NCBI GenBank assembly: GCA_044440125.1
Contig: JBITAJ010000027.1
Location: 128,001 to 192,000, forward strand
DNA: 64,000 nucleotides
From: Sedimentisphaeraceae bacterium JB056
GTDB lineage: Bacteria > Planctomycetota > Phycisphaerae > Sedimentisphaerales > Sedimentisphaeraceae
Reading direction: 5' to 3'
Position 1 is the first letter of the stretch, and every line of letters starts with the position of its first letter. The notes beneath the pieces are model-generated. The model was given only the letters and a program-made list of their open reading frames with translations, ran no database searches and was not told where the DNA came from. This document shows positions 21,001 to 29,143 of the stretch, piece by piece. Made by a program: the position numbers and the translations under genes.

Positions 21001-22009
21001 CTCTTGGGGTGAAGGCATCTGTCGTCTCTTCAGTTGCGGCAGGGGATTCTGTCGGTTGCGGGGTCTCGGTAGTCTGTTGTTCTGCGGGTGCTTGTTGCAG
21101 TTCTTGCGGTATTGGAGTTGCGTTGGGTTTCGTAAGGTTTTCAGACGCATTAAAATGCGTCTCTACGTGTGATGAATCGGTTGCGGTAATCGGCTGGATT
21201 GTTTCTGTGTTTTGTATTGGCTGAGATTTTTCATTATTGTTGAGGATTAGTCCGGTCGCAATCGCGGCAGCTGCGATTATTGCAACAGTCGCCACTTTTG
21301 CGGCAGTTGTCGCCATAATTGTTTGCAGTGTGGCAACAAAAGGAGCAGAAGCGCAAGCCGAAGCTGTTACCGCCGCCTCGCTTACCGCAACCCCTACAGG
21401 TATCGAAGAAATAGCGGCAATAACCGATGCCGTAAACTTCTTATCAGGAGCAGAATTGCGAAGACCTGCCTCAAGTCTATCCTCAATCCGCTCACGAATC
21501 ATCTGTCTGCCGCGTGATAATCTCTGCCGTACAGCATCAGCACTAATTCCCATCAGCTCCCCAACCTGCTTAGCAGACTTCTCATGCCTGTAATAGAGTA
21601 CCATCACTTCCCGGTATTGGTCGGGCAGAGTTTCAAGTGTCTGCCAGATAAGGCTGTTCTCTTCGTCAGCGATTAACTTTTGGGAAGGGGTGTCAGGAGT
21701 TGTCGTTGCCTCTGGTATAGTGGTATTGCTGATACTGACAACTGACTGCTGCTTTCTCAGATAAAGCCTGCTTGTGTTACGTGTTATTGTGATAAGCCAG
21801 GATTTGAATTTGCTGTGGTCCTTGAGCGATTCCAAGTCTTCCCATACGCTGATAAACACATCCTGTGCAATATCCTCGCTGGTATCAATATTGCCTGTTG
21901 AGCAGTAAGCTATCGAGCAGACGAGATTTTTATATTTCTCGACAAGACTCGCAAACGCTTTATGGCTGCCTTTAATACAGCGTTTAATTGTTTTTATGTC
22001 ATCAGTCAT
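18017..22009 (-). CDS. ECF sigma factor with a transmembrane segment and long extracytoplasmic extension (tandem paralog)
   Basis: sigma2 SEDIAQDVFISVW, sigma4 YREVMVLYY..AVRQRLSRGR; same TM and repeat architecture as 13895-17866. Confidence 0.9.
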   Translation of the reverse strand: MTDDIKTIKRCIKGSHKAFASLVEKYKNLVCSIAYCSTGNIDTSEDIAQDVFISVWEDLESLKDHSKFKSWLITITRNTSRLYLRKQQSVVSISNTTIPEATTTPDTPSQKLIADEENSLIWQTLETLPDQYREVMVLYYRHEKSAKQVGELMGISADAVRQRLSRGRQMIRERIEDRLEAGLRNSAPDKKFTASVIAAISSIPVGVAVSEAAVTASACASAPFVATLQTIMATTAAKVATVAIIAAAAIATGLILNNNEKSQPIQNTETIQPITATDSSHVETHFNASENLTKPNATPIPQELQQAPAEQQTTETPQPTESPAATEETTDAFTPRGVLSGLITDKETGEPVIDAQISLALPNGETATTHVDENGLYYFDELTSYGICELGISSTQYVGLNETFYNTVSLNISENAKINKNIQLEKACMLEIETIDEQGNPIKDVKVSIGCSEEYGIYEEKYNFSETTDDTGKLMVGGIKPSNNAYLINLLYNPNVEDKNAGLRGINSYAPQKKKVILTEPELIQNIKITMRKGFDINGKLLLHNGTPAVNYRVSVTPEWWFSENCLNFYTDEEGLFSIKNIEAGTYKIIYSNTDSSQNHKLEMSSILNNDDYLSIILPEKKYQTETVSENLSTFSGTLITEGGCDLDIINIKCKNDDHNYRQTVKINDNKTHFTINNIVPGIYDISIHGSYWVRSEIIPISLKNIAIPCDDFEQILKCVNRSDITGQVVSEVSGKPINNFKILHQFIRSHVSLNSNNDGKWTEYLDNRDGKFMFKAQEEGCHKFIITSKGYAPFITTLNTSKSANFTAELTEGTTLNGRIIDSKGKPIKAAKIIPLTINSRAIKADENILTNNHYVLSDGDGCFILSKLPEEKETIKVVHPDYEEKSIEVELPEKVNETKITLESGSVIEGYLYSNNSKIIPNHPISLSSIRDISFPISTTTDQDGYYKFDNISSGLWNIRHRYVSNTNGGRSCSIFAAEGQKTQFNLGDTFLLTGKVFINGSPLSNAKLWICNPYLFFPSMFIYKGQTDSEGSFQFSGIPKGIKKLVYVMPDRSDGQRLIKEFDTNGQNLDLGNIFLDCVDVEITIEGSENDAIRECLFTEEKDYILPTSLIDMKAVPIGNNKYEAKNIAPGKYFFNVERKKQTGIFVFEAKIDIDSKPQILNFKLPETNSSVFGTTNFQNDVLICKKEDSSFFIRIRPSKDNTYKIENIPHGKYIIESMHTGRQLTSFELEKEQSLELNLGMADPAIKQLIVVDKKSGIPIPDYSAWLEKDGGRLDIKLKCEIGVAPGIYTLHVIKPEYKDHIQTIDMPQPYTGTAMQYITVILERE
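20942..21463. repeat. Copy 2 of the ~520-bp near-identical ECF block
   Basis: Direct repeat of 16790-17311. Confidence 0.9.
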
Positions 22010-22047
22010 ATCCTAATCTCCTGTATTTATAAAATCATCCGTTTATT

Positions 22048-22079
22048 ATATAGGATGCGCAAGAATGAGATATGTGACA
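22048..22079 (-). promoter_or_regulatory. Putative ECF autoregulatory promoter
   Basis: Minus strand TGTCAC-N17-ATCCTATAT. Confidence 0.6.
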
Positions 22080-22096
22080 GGAATCCGATGTTTTTT

Positions 22097-23179
22097 TTAT
22101 GTTTTTATGTTTTCACCAAGGCATAGACGTGCGATTGTTTTGTTAAGCTGTGCTATTCTGCATGCAGTGTATGCCATGGCTGTTGCGATTATAAATACGG
22201 CTATCGATGAAATTTTTGCCGCATTGTCACTGATGTCAAGTTTACTGATAACAGTTATCAGTATCATTATGGCAATGATATGATAGAGGTATATGCCGTA
22301 AGAATATCTTCCTATATGGGCGATATAACCTGCGAATCGGGCTGATATTTTTGGCAAGATCATTGATAGCTTTATTATTGCTACTGCGCCAAATATCCTG
22401 CCTGTCTGAGAGGCTAAACTATAAATCAGCGGTCTTAGGTCGGAGTCCTCCAGAAGAGTCGTTGTTTTCAAGGCTATACACAAATATGCTAATAATAATG
22501 CAATCGGCCATGTAACAGAAAGTTGGGCAGAGCCTGAACTGAGCAGCTTTTGTGGTATTTTTTTGCCTATCATTACTCCAATCGCAAAAACAGGCAGGTA
22601 GGTAATGAGTACTTTAGCCTGGAAGATGTCGAGGTTGAGATGTTCTCCGATGTCATTCTTGTATATATCCAATATTGAGAGTGTCAGGAATATCAGAATG
22701 CAGTTCTTGCGAAATATATATTCGAGTATCGGCCATATTATAAAGAAGCTCATTAGTGCAACAAGGAACCAGCCGTGACCGGCAGGACCATTGACCGGCG
22801 TTACGATAGATTTGTATATTTCATTGGGTATATCACCGGCATTCCTTATTCCGCCTGCGATTCCTGCTGCTAACTGCAGAGTGCAAACAACGAAATATGG
22901 TATCATCAGTCGTTGAAATTTTGTCCACTGAAATCTGGAATAATCAGATAACGTACTTTCCCCTTTATAATTGCGAGCCATATAGAAGCCTGCAATAAGG
23001 AAGAATACCGGCATATGAAAGAAAGATATTGCATGTATAATCGTGTGCATCATCTGCTCGGACACTATTGGTATAAACGTATCGTTATAACATCGCAATA
23101 CATGCTCGAATACCACAAGAAGCATCGCTATGGCTCTCGCAATATCTATGCCGGGTGTTCTATTTCTGATTTTGGTCAT
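22097..23179 (-). CDS. Acyltransferase family 3 (OafA-like) membrane protein
   Basis: IDIARAIAMLLVVFEH, FHMPVFFLIAGF, RLMIPY, GWFL, IGRYSYGIYLYH; about 10 TMs. Confidence 0.9.
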   Translation of the reverse strand: MTKIRNRTPGIDIARAIAMLLVVFEHVLRCYNDTFIPIVSEQMMHTIIHAISFFHMPVFFLIAGFYMARNYKGESTLSDYSRFQWTKFQRLMIPYFVVCTLQLAAGIAGGIRNAGDIPNEIYKSIVTPVNGPAGHGWFLVALMSFFIIWPILEYIFRKNCILIFLTLSILDIYKNDIGEHLNLDIFQAKVLITYLPVFAIGVMIGKKIPQKLLSSGSAQLSVTWPIALLLAYLCIALKTTTLLEDSDLRPLIYSLASQTGRIFGAVAIIKLSMILPKISARFAGYIAHIGRYSYGIYLYHIIAIMILITVISKLDISDNAAKISSIAVFIIATAMAYTACRIAQLNKTIARLCLGENIKT

Positions 23180-23199
23180 TTATCAAGCTCTTTTGCCGC

Positions 23200-25452
23200 T
23201 TAACGTTTTTTCTTCTTTTTCTTAGCCTTTGATCTTATTGCCTTTTTCTTTTTGAGCTTGAGTTTTTTCTTGATCTTGTCCCGCTGCTGGCGGCTGTGTG
23301 ATTTCTTAACAAAATCACTATAGTCAACAAGCGGTTCGGTCGGTACTACATCGAGTTCACGCAGAGCGATATTGATCTTGACTATCTTGACGGTCATTGT
23401 TTCGCCGATATGTATGCGATAGCCTGAGCGTTTTCCGATAAGGCATCTTGTTTCCTCGTAAAACTGCCAGTGGTCGGGGCCAAGGTCTTCGCTGCGGACA
23501 AATCCTTCTATGCCGAATTTAAGGCATTGTACGAATACGCCTTTTCTTGTTACGCCAGAAACTACACAGTCCATTGTGTCGCCGATTCGTTCGCTGAGCA
23601 TCTCAAGAATCAGCACTTTCTTGAGGTCTCTCTCAGCGTTTGTTGAGTTGTCCTCGGTTTCGCTGATATGCGTGCCGATATCTATCAATTCCTCTTCGCT
23701 TATCACGCCGGATGTTTTTTTAGTGAGCTTGCCTTTTTCGAGGAACAGGCGGAGGAGCCTGTGTATAGTAAGGTCTGCGTATCTTCGTATCGGGCTTGTG
23801 AAATGGCAATAGTGTCGGCTCGCCAGAGCATAGTGCCCGATGTTCTCCGGCGAGTAGACCGCTTTTGACAGACTTCGCAGTACGGCATTATTCACGGCAT
23901 ACTCATAGCCTGTGCCGCGTACTTTTTCTATTATGTTTCTAAGCGTTACTCTGTCTGCTGATTTTGGCAGACGCATGCCGCAAACCTGTAGGAAGTCGCC
24001 AAGACGCTTGGTGCTGAACACATCCGGGTCGGGGTGTATACGGCGTATGAAGGGTACGTTGAGTTTGTCGAATAGACGTGCAACAGCCTCATTGGCCTCT
24101 ACCATGAACATTTCTATTATTGTATGCGGGTAGCTTGTGTCGGCTTCCTGTGCATCAACAACGCGACCATCTTTGTCAAGAATAAGCTCTGTTTCCCGCA
24201 GGTCGAGATGGAGCATTCCTTCGTTATACCTTCGCTTTTCGATTGTTTTAGCAAGTGTGTTCATGTCGCCGAGCAAATCGTATATGGCAGGGGGGAAGTC
24301 GAGTTTTTTGCCTTTGAGCATTTGGTCTGCCTGACGGTATGTGAGTCTTGCTGATGAACATATCATGCTTTGTGCGAAACGGCTTGCTATGGGCTTGCCG
24401 TTTTCATTGTATGTGATATATGTACTTAGCGTGTAGCGGTTTTGTTCGGGCTGCAGGGAGCATATTCCATTACTCAAAATTTCAGGCAGCATAGGCACGA
24501 CACGGCCGGGAAGATATGTACTGTTGCCTCTGCTTTTGGCTTCGAAGTCGAGCGGTGTTTCCGCTGAAATGAACCTGCTTACGTCAGCTATATGCACACC
24601 AAGGACGAAATTGCCATTGTCATCTTTTTCTATGCTGATTGCATCATCGAAATCTTTCGCATCATCGGGGTCTATAGTCAGGATGGTCTTCGCTGTGATA
24701 TCCTCTATTCCTTCATGGGCCACGAATTTAGTGTGTCCGGCTTGGCGAGCCTGTTCTATGCAGCTCTTAGAGAACGATTCCGGCAGACTGTATGTAGCCA
24801 TTGTCGCTTTTATCTCTGTTTCGTAAAGCCCCGCCTTGCCGAGTATCTCTGTTATTACCGCTATTCCCGGATAGTTATCCTCTGGGTAATCCAGTATTTC
24901 GAATACGACTTTGTCGTCTTCCTTTCCGCCTTTGACTGTTACATCATTTACTATGAAGTTGCTGTCGAGAAATTTTCCATCAGGTACGATAAACCATTGC
25001 TTTTTGATTTTCGTCAGCGTTCCTGTGAAATTCGTCCTGCCGCGTTCAACTATTCTTGTGACCTTACCGGCGTAGAGGACACGGTCTCCGCGTCGACTTT
25101 TTCGTTCAAGACGTGCTTCCACTATGTCACCGCTTTGGGCATCCATGCTCTTGCCGTCAGGTATCATGAGGTCGCCGCCGGTATTCTTGATCTGCGGAAT
25201 GACGAAGCCTATTTTCCCTCTTGTCGTTCTGAATGTACCTGTCATTTTTTTAGGCATGTCAGGAAGAGATACCCTATTTTTATTGTTCAAGGCAATTGTC
25301 TCTTCCTCAATCATTTCATTTAGTTTGTGAGTGAAGTGTTGAGTTACTTCATCGGGCAGATTGAGTGCCTTCTGCAGATCTTGCGGTGTTATAGCCACAT
25401 AGTCGGGGTCTGATACAAATCTTATTATTCTGCTTTTTAATATGTCAAACAT
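23200..25452 (-). CDS. rnr: Ribonuclease R
   Basis: TIDPDDAKDFDDAIS, VHIADV, HFTSPIRRYADL; cold-shock and S1 domains; Lys-rich tail. Confidence 0.95.
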   Translation of the reverse strand: MFDILKSRIIRFVSDPDYVAITPQDLQKALNLPDEVTQHFTHKLNEMIEEETIALNNKNRVSLPDMPKKMTGTFRTTRGKIGFVIPQIKNTGGDLMIPDGKSMDAQSGDIVEARLERKSRRGDRVLYAGKVTRIVERGRTNFTGTLTKIKKQWFIVPDGKFLDSNFIVNDVTVKGGKEDDKVVFEILDYPEDNYPGIAVITEILGKAGLYETEIKATMATYSLPESFSKSCIEQARQAGHTKFVAHEGIEDITAKTILTIDPDDAKDFDDAISIEKDDNGNFVLGVHIADVSRFISAETPLDFEAKSRGNSTYLPGRVVPMLPEILSNGICSLQPEQNRYTLSTYITYNENGKPIASRFAQSMICSSARLTYRQADQMLKGKKLDFPPAIYDLLGDMNTLAKTIEKRRYNEGMLHLDLRETELILDKDGRVVDAQEADTSYPHTIIEMFMVEANEAVARLFDKLNVPFIRRIHPDPDVFSTKRLGDFLQVCGMRLPKSADRVTLRNIIEKVRGTGYEYAVNNAVLRSLSKAVYSPENIGHYALASRHYCHFTSPIRRYADLTIHRLLRLFLEKGKLTKKTSGVISEEELIDIGTHISETEDNSTNAERDLKKVLILEMLSERIGDTMDCVVSGVTRKGVFVQCLKFGIEGFVRSEDLGPDHWQFYEETRCLIGKRSGYRIHIGETMTVKIVKINIALRELDVVPTEPLVDYSDFVKKSHSRQQRDKIKKKLKLKKKKAIRSKAKKKKKKR

Positions 25453-25470
25453 ATGTTGTATGTCCTTTTT

Positions 25471-26148
25471 CTAAAGTTGTTCTGTTGTTGTTTCCTGAGC
25501 GTCTGGTTCATCGAAAATGTCATAGCTTTCGATGACTTCATCAATAATGCTGTACTTAAGGGCTTCGCCTGATGTTATTGTATATTCAGCGTCGCCTAAC
25601 GGCAGCCAGTCTTCAGGTATGTTGGTTTTTTCTTTAAGCAGCTTCTCAATATGTTCTTCGCATTTCTCACGAAGCTCATCGTCTCCTCCCGAGCATGAGT
25701 GGATAAAGAAGTATGAATCTGCAAATCCGTATCTTGCTCCTGTTGCGTTGAGCATCAATCCTATAGCGGCTGACGCACACAGGCCGGTATTTACGACGTT
25801 AACGGGAGCAGGGGTGCTCTTGATAGTGTTGGCTATCTGAAGATACGTCGTCATATCTCCGCCAGTAGAGTTTAGCCAGAGAGTTATGGGCTTATCTTTT
25901 GAGATGTTGTTAAGAAAGATTATCTGCTTGCATACGGTGTTTGCTGATTCGATGTTTATTCCGCCGTCAAGCAGTATAATGCGTTGGGACAGTTCCGGTG
26001 ATTCGGGATCGAAATTTTCCCTGCCTACATTAAAATCGCTAAGCTGGTAGGCCGACCCGCGACTTGAGAAGTTGACACTGCATCCGCAAGCAAAAAGCAT
26101 TGAGGCAGCTATTGTCGTTAATATTGTTCTATTTATCCAAGTTCTCAT
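25471..26148 (-). CDS. ClpP-family (S14) peptidase homolog with a predicted lipoprotein signal peptide
   Basis: RIILL.G.I, ITLWLNSTGG, TGLCASAA (Ser), FFIH (His), TSGEALKYSIIDEV; N-terminal ..ASMLFACGC lipobox. Confidence 0.82.
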   Translation of the reverse strand: MRTWINRTILTTIAASMLFACGCSVNFSSRGSAYQLSDFNVGRENFDPESPELSQRIILLDGGINIESANTVCKQIIFLNNISKDKPITLWLNSTGGDMTTYLQIANTIKSTPAPVNVVNTGLCASAAIGLMLNATGARYGFADSYFFIHSCSGGDDELREKCEEHIEKLLKEKTNIPEDWLPLGDAEYTITSGEALKYSIIDEVIESYDIFDEPDAQETTTEQL

Positions 26149-26177
26149 TTAAGCTCCCTCTGTATCTCTCTTTAATA

Positions 26178-26987
26178 TTAAATTCCAGATAGCTCTTTGC
26201 TTCTTTCTTTTGCCTTTTCCATTGCAAGGACAACTATTGCCCCGAACTGATCTTCATTGAACACTTTCAATGCGGCTTCTGTAGTGCCTCCTGGTGAGGT
26301 TACCTTCTTTCTTAGCTGTTCCGGTGTTTCACCTCTTTTGTCTGCTGAGGCAGCCAATTCCGCAGCCCCCAGAGCAGTCTGCAGGGTCAGTTTTTTCGCC
26401 GTCTCGGGGTCAAGGCCAAGCTCTATTCCGGCTTTGATCATCTCTTCCATCATAAGGAAGTAATATGCCGGGCCTGAGCCGCTTAGTGCCGTGACGGTGT
26501 CAATATCGTCTTCGCTTTTAACTACTACAGCTTCCCCGATCGCGGAGAATATCTGCAGGGCGGTATCAAGCTTGTCTTTTGCTTTTCTGTTGGCGTAAAG
26601 TCCTGCGGCTCCGCGGCCTACCAGCGATGGAGTGTTTGGCATTACCCTGACGACAGGGATATCGCCCAGAGCATCGGTGAACCGCACGACCGGTATTCCG
26701 GCAGCGATAGATATTAGCAGCTTGCTGTCATCAAAACTGCCGGCGATGCTTTCAAATACGATATCCATCGATTGCGGCTTTACTGCCATGACTGCTATTT
26801 TACTTAAACTTATAAGCTCCTTGTTGTCTCTCAACGCTGTTATATTGTAATTCTGCTGCATATAATTGAGGCGTTCATCGAATATGTCGCTTACATATAT
26901 GTCCGAGGCAGAGAAAGTGCCGGCGGAAATGATGCCTTTGATTATGGCCTCAGCCATGTTGCCTGCGCCTATAAAACCAATCTTCAT
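26178..26987 (-). CDS. proC: Pyrroline-5-carboxylate reductase
   Basis: IGFIGAGNMA, AVKPQ, ISIAAG, RVMPNTP, ALSGSGPAY, VTSPGGTT. Confidence 0.98.
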   Translation of the reverse strand: MKIGFIGAGNMAEAIIKGIISAGTFSASDIYVSDIFDERLNYMQQNYNITALRDNKELISLSKIAVMAVKPQSMDIVFESIAGSFDDSKLLISIAAGIPVVRFTDALGDIPVVRVMPNTPSLVGRGAAGLYANRKAKDKLDTALQIFSAIGEAVVVKSEDDIDTVTALSGSGPAYYFLMMEEMIKAGIELGLDPETAKKLTLQTALGAAELAASADKRGETPEQLRKKVTSPGGTTEAALKVFNEDQFGAIVVLAMEKAKERSKELSGI

Positions 26988-27199
26988 ACTTTATCTCCAA
27001 TCATGATCTATAATAAGCGTTCACGGCAGGATATGCCCGGTGTACGCTTGTATGTTTCCAATGCAATTCAATAAATTATCACAGTATTCTATCTTTTGAT
27101 TATAACCTAATGATGAGTTATTTCAAGAAACATATTTTATCAATATGAGAATACTTTAGTGTGTCTTGGCTTCGGGCTAAGTAATTTATATTATTTCAA

Positions 27200-27228
27200 T
27201 TGACTGCAAGGGCAACGGCTGGTATTAT
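27200..27228 (+). promoter_or_regulatory. sigma70-type promoter
   Basis: TTGACT-N17-TATTAT upstream of 27373. Confidence 0.5.
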
Positions 27229-27372
27229 TAACGTGTAGTTTTAATGTTTAAGTGGTAATTGGGTTCAAAATATGCTGTTAATTATTGATGTATATGGAAT
27301 GTAAAAAAACAGCAAAATATTTGTTTTGAACCTATTTTAATACAATTAAAATGGCGTTTGGAAAATTGAATT

Positions 27373-28344
27373 ATGAATAAGTTTACTGATTTTGCAGTTT
27401 TAATAATCTTTGCTACTGGTTGTTTTGCCGACACTTTTGGCACAGGAGATAATCAATTCACTATTGATTTTGTAGATATTGTTGCTGATACCAGTTATGG
27501 CGGGCAATCAGTGGGTAGTGGTTTCACCACAAGCAATATTGATTACAACTATCGCATAGGGACTTATGAGATAACCAACAATCAGTGGGATAAATTTAAG
27601 GCCGAATATGGCACTGTGACAGGAAATCCATTGAATGCGTATGATGAAAATCCTTCTTTTACGAGTTCCAATGTACCTACTAACGAAGTAAGTTGGTATG
27701 AGGCGGCTCAATTTGTTAATTGGTTAAATATTAGCAACGGCTATCAAGTAGCTTATAAGTTTATAGGTACGCAAGGAACTAGTGATTATGCTCTGGCAAC
27801 TTGGAGTGGGCTTGAGGCTTGGAAAGGAGAAAATCTTTATCGCCACAGAGATGCACACTACTTTTTACCCACAGAAGATGAATGGGTAAAGGCAGCATAC
27901 TGGAATGGAAGTAATATTCAGACTTATGCTACCTTAGATGATACTATTCCTGAAGCTGGAGTGGATTCGAATTACAACCAAGAATTCCCTTATGATGGGC
28001 CTTGGGACATAGGTAGCGGTACAATCGAGCTTAACGGCACATTTGATATGATGGGGAATGTATGGGAATGGTTAGAAAGTCCTTACGACGACCAGAATTT
28101 TGGTATAAGCAGTTTACGTGGAGTTTTAGGCGGTGGTTGTGGTAGCTACGACTACCGCCTTGCATCATCTTATCGTGACACCGATTCTCCGTATAGCCAG
28201 GACGACACCAGAGGTTTTCGTATAACCTCAGTCTCAAAACCTTTTAAATGCCCCTCGGCAGATTTATCGGGGGATTGTTTTGTTGATATATTAGACTTAG
28301 CTATTCTGGCTCAACAATGGTGCAGTGGTTTACGGAATAATTGA
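27373..28344 (+). CDS. Secreted FGE-sulfatase/SUMF1-domain protein with a C-terminal dockerin-like motif
   Basis: YEITNNQW, VSWYEAAQFVNWL, LPTEDEWVKAAY, FDMMGNVWEW, GFR; tail CPSADLSGDCFVDILDLAILAQQW. Confidence 0.88.
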   Translation: MNKFTDFAVLIIFATGCFADTFGTGDNQFTIDFVDIVADTSYGGQSVGSGFTTSNIDYNYRIGTYEITNNQWDKFKAEYGTVTGNPLNAYDENPSFTSSNVPTNEVSWYEAAQFVNWLNISNGYQVAYKFIGTQGTSDYALATWSGLEAWKGENLYRHRDAHYFLPTEDEWVKAAYWNGSNIQTYATLDDTIPEAGVDSNYNQEFPYDGPWDIGSGTIELNGTFDMMGNVWEWLESPYDDQNFGISSLRGVLGGGCGSYDYRLASSYRDTDSPYSQDDTRGFRITSVSKPFKCPSADLSGDCFVDILDLAILAQQWCSGLRNN

Positions 28345-28515
28345 AAAACTAAAAGCAGACAAGTCCAATAGTATTCCGCATCCTATTTGCTTTATCCATT
28401 TTTCAGTGGTTAATTATATCGTGCTTGCATAGCATTTCAATCTGTAAAGTGTATAGGAAGATAGGGTTTCTTTTTTTGCTAATTTTGCTTCTGTTATATA
28501 TTAATTGAGTTTGGT

Positions 28516-29091
28516 ATGGATCTGAACAACGTGAATATTATTATGGTAAGGGATAGACTCGACAATATCCCTGTGTGGGATCTGGCGGACGGTTTCTCTT
28601 TTCGTTATTATGAACCGGGCGACATGAATACCTGGTTTGGTATCGAGAGAAAGGCAGACCCGTATGATACGTTTAATGTGGATATGTTCGAAACGACATT
28701 CAGTAACCGCGTCGATTTGCTTGAAGGGCGTATGGTGTTTATATGCGACCGGGAGGATAATGCCGTTGCTACATCCACTGCATGGTATGAGAATGAACGG
28801 ACGGGATTAGTGCATTGGGTGGCGGTGGTCCCGGGGATGCAGGGAAGGGGACTTGCCAAACCGCTGCTTGCTCATACGATGAACAGACTTGCCGAACTTG
28901 GACATGAAAATGCGATGCTGCGGACGCAGATATTCAGAATACCGGCGATAAATCTTTATATCAAGGCCGGTTTTGTACCTTTGGTAAGATCGGAGCAGGA
29001 TAAGAAATGCTGGGAGGAAGTTAGCAGTAAGTTCAAGGCTTCAGGGCTTGACGGCAAAGTGATCGAGACGGCCTTGAAGACGGCTGATTGA
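28516..29091 (+). CDS. GNAT N-acetyltransferase
   Basis: VHWVAVVPGMQGRGLAKPLL; AINLYIKAGF. Confidence 0.88.
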   Translation: MDLNNVNIIMVRDRLDNIPVWDLADGFSFRYYEPGDMNTWFGIERKADPYDTFNVDMFETTFSNRVDLLEGRMVFICDREDNAVATSTAWYENERTGLVHWVAVVPGMQGRGLAKPLLAHTMNRLAELGHENAMLRTQIFRIPAINLYIKAGFVPLVRSEQDKKCWEEVSSKFKASGLDGKVIETALKTAD

Positions 29092-29143
29092 CAGTATCTT
29101 AATTCGCAAGATTAAAATACTACCCAAAATTTCATTTGCTTTT

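Noticed and set aside
16821..21593. Duplicated small plus-strand ORFs (16821, 17085, 20973, 21237)
   Set aside because: Similar to each other only because they are antisense to the duplicated ECF block
13895..22009. Diversity-generating retroelement explaining the repeat pair
   Set aside because: No reverse transcriptase in the window; differences are not adenine-specific and both copies lie mid-gene in coding sequence
24592..25323. 243-aa plus-strand ORF
   Set aside because: Antisense shadow within rnr
27016..27049. Hairpin upstream of proC as a T-box or riboswitch
   Set aside because: Single short imperfect hairpin with no T-box motif or terminator
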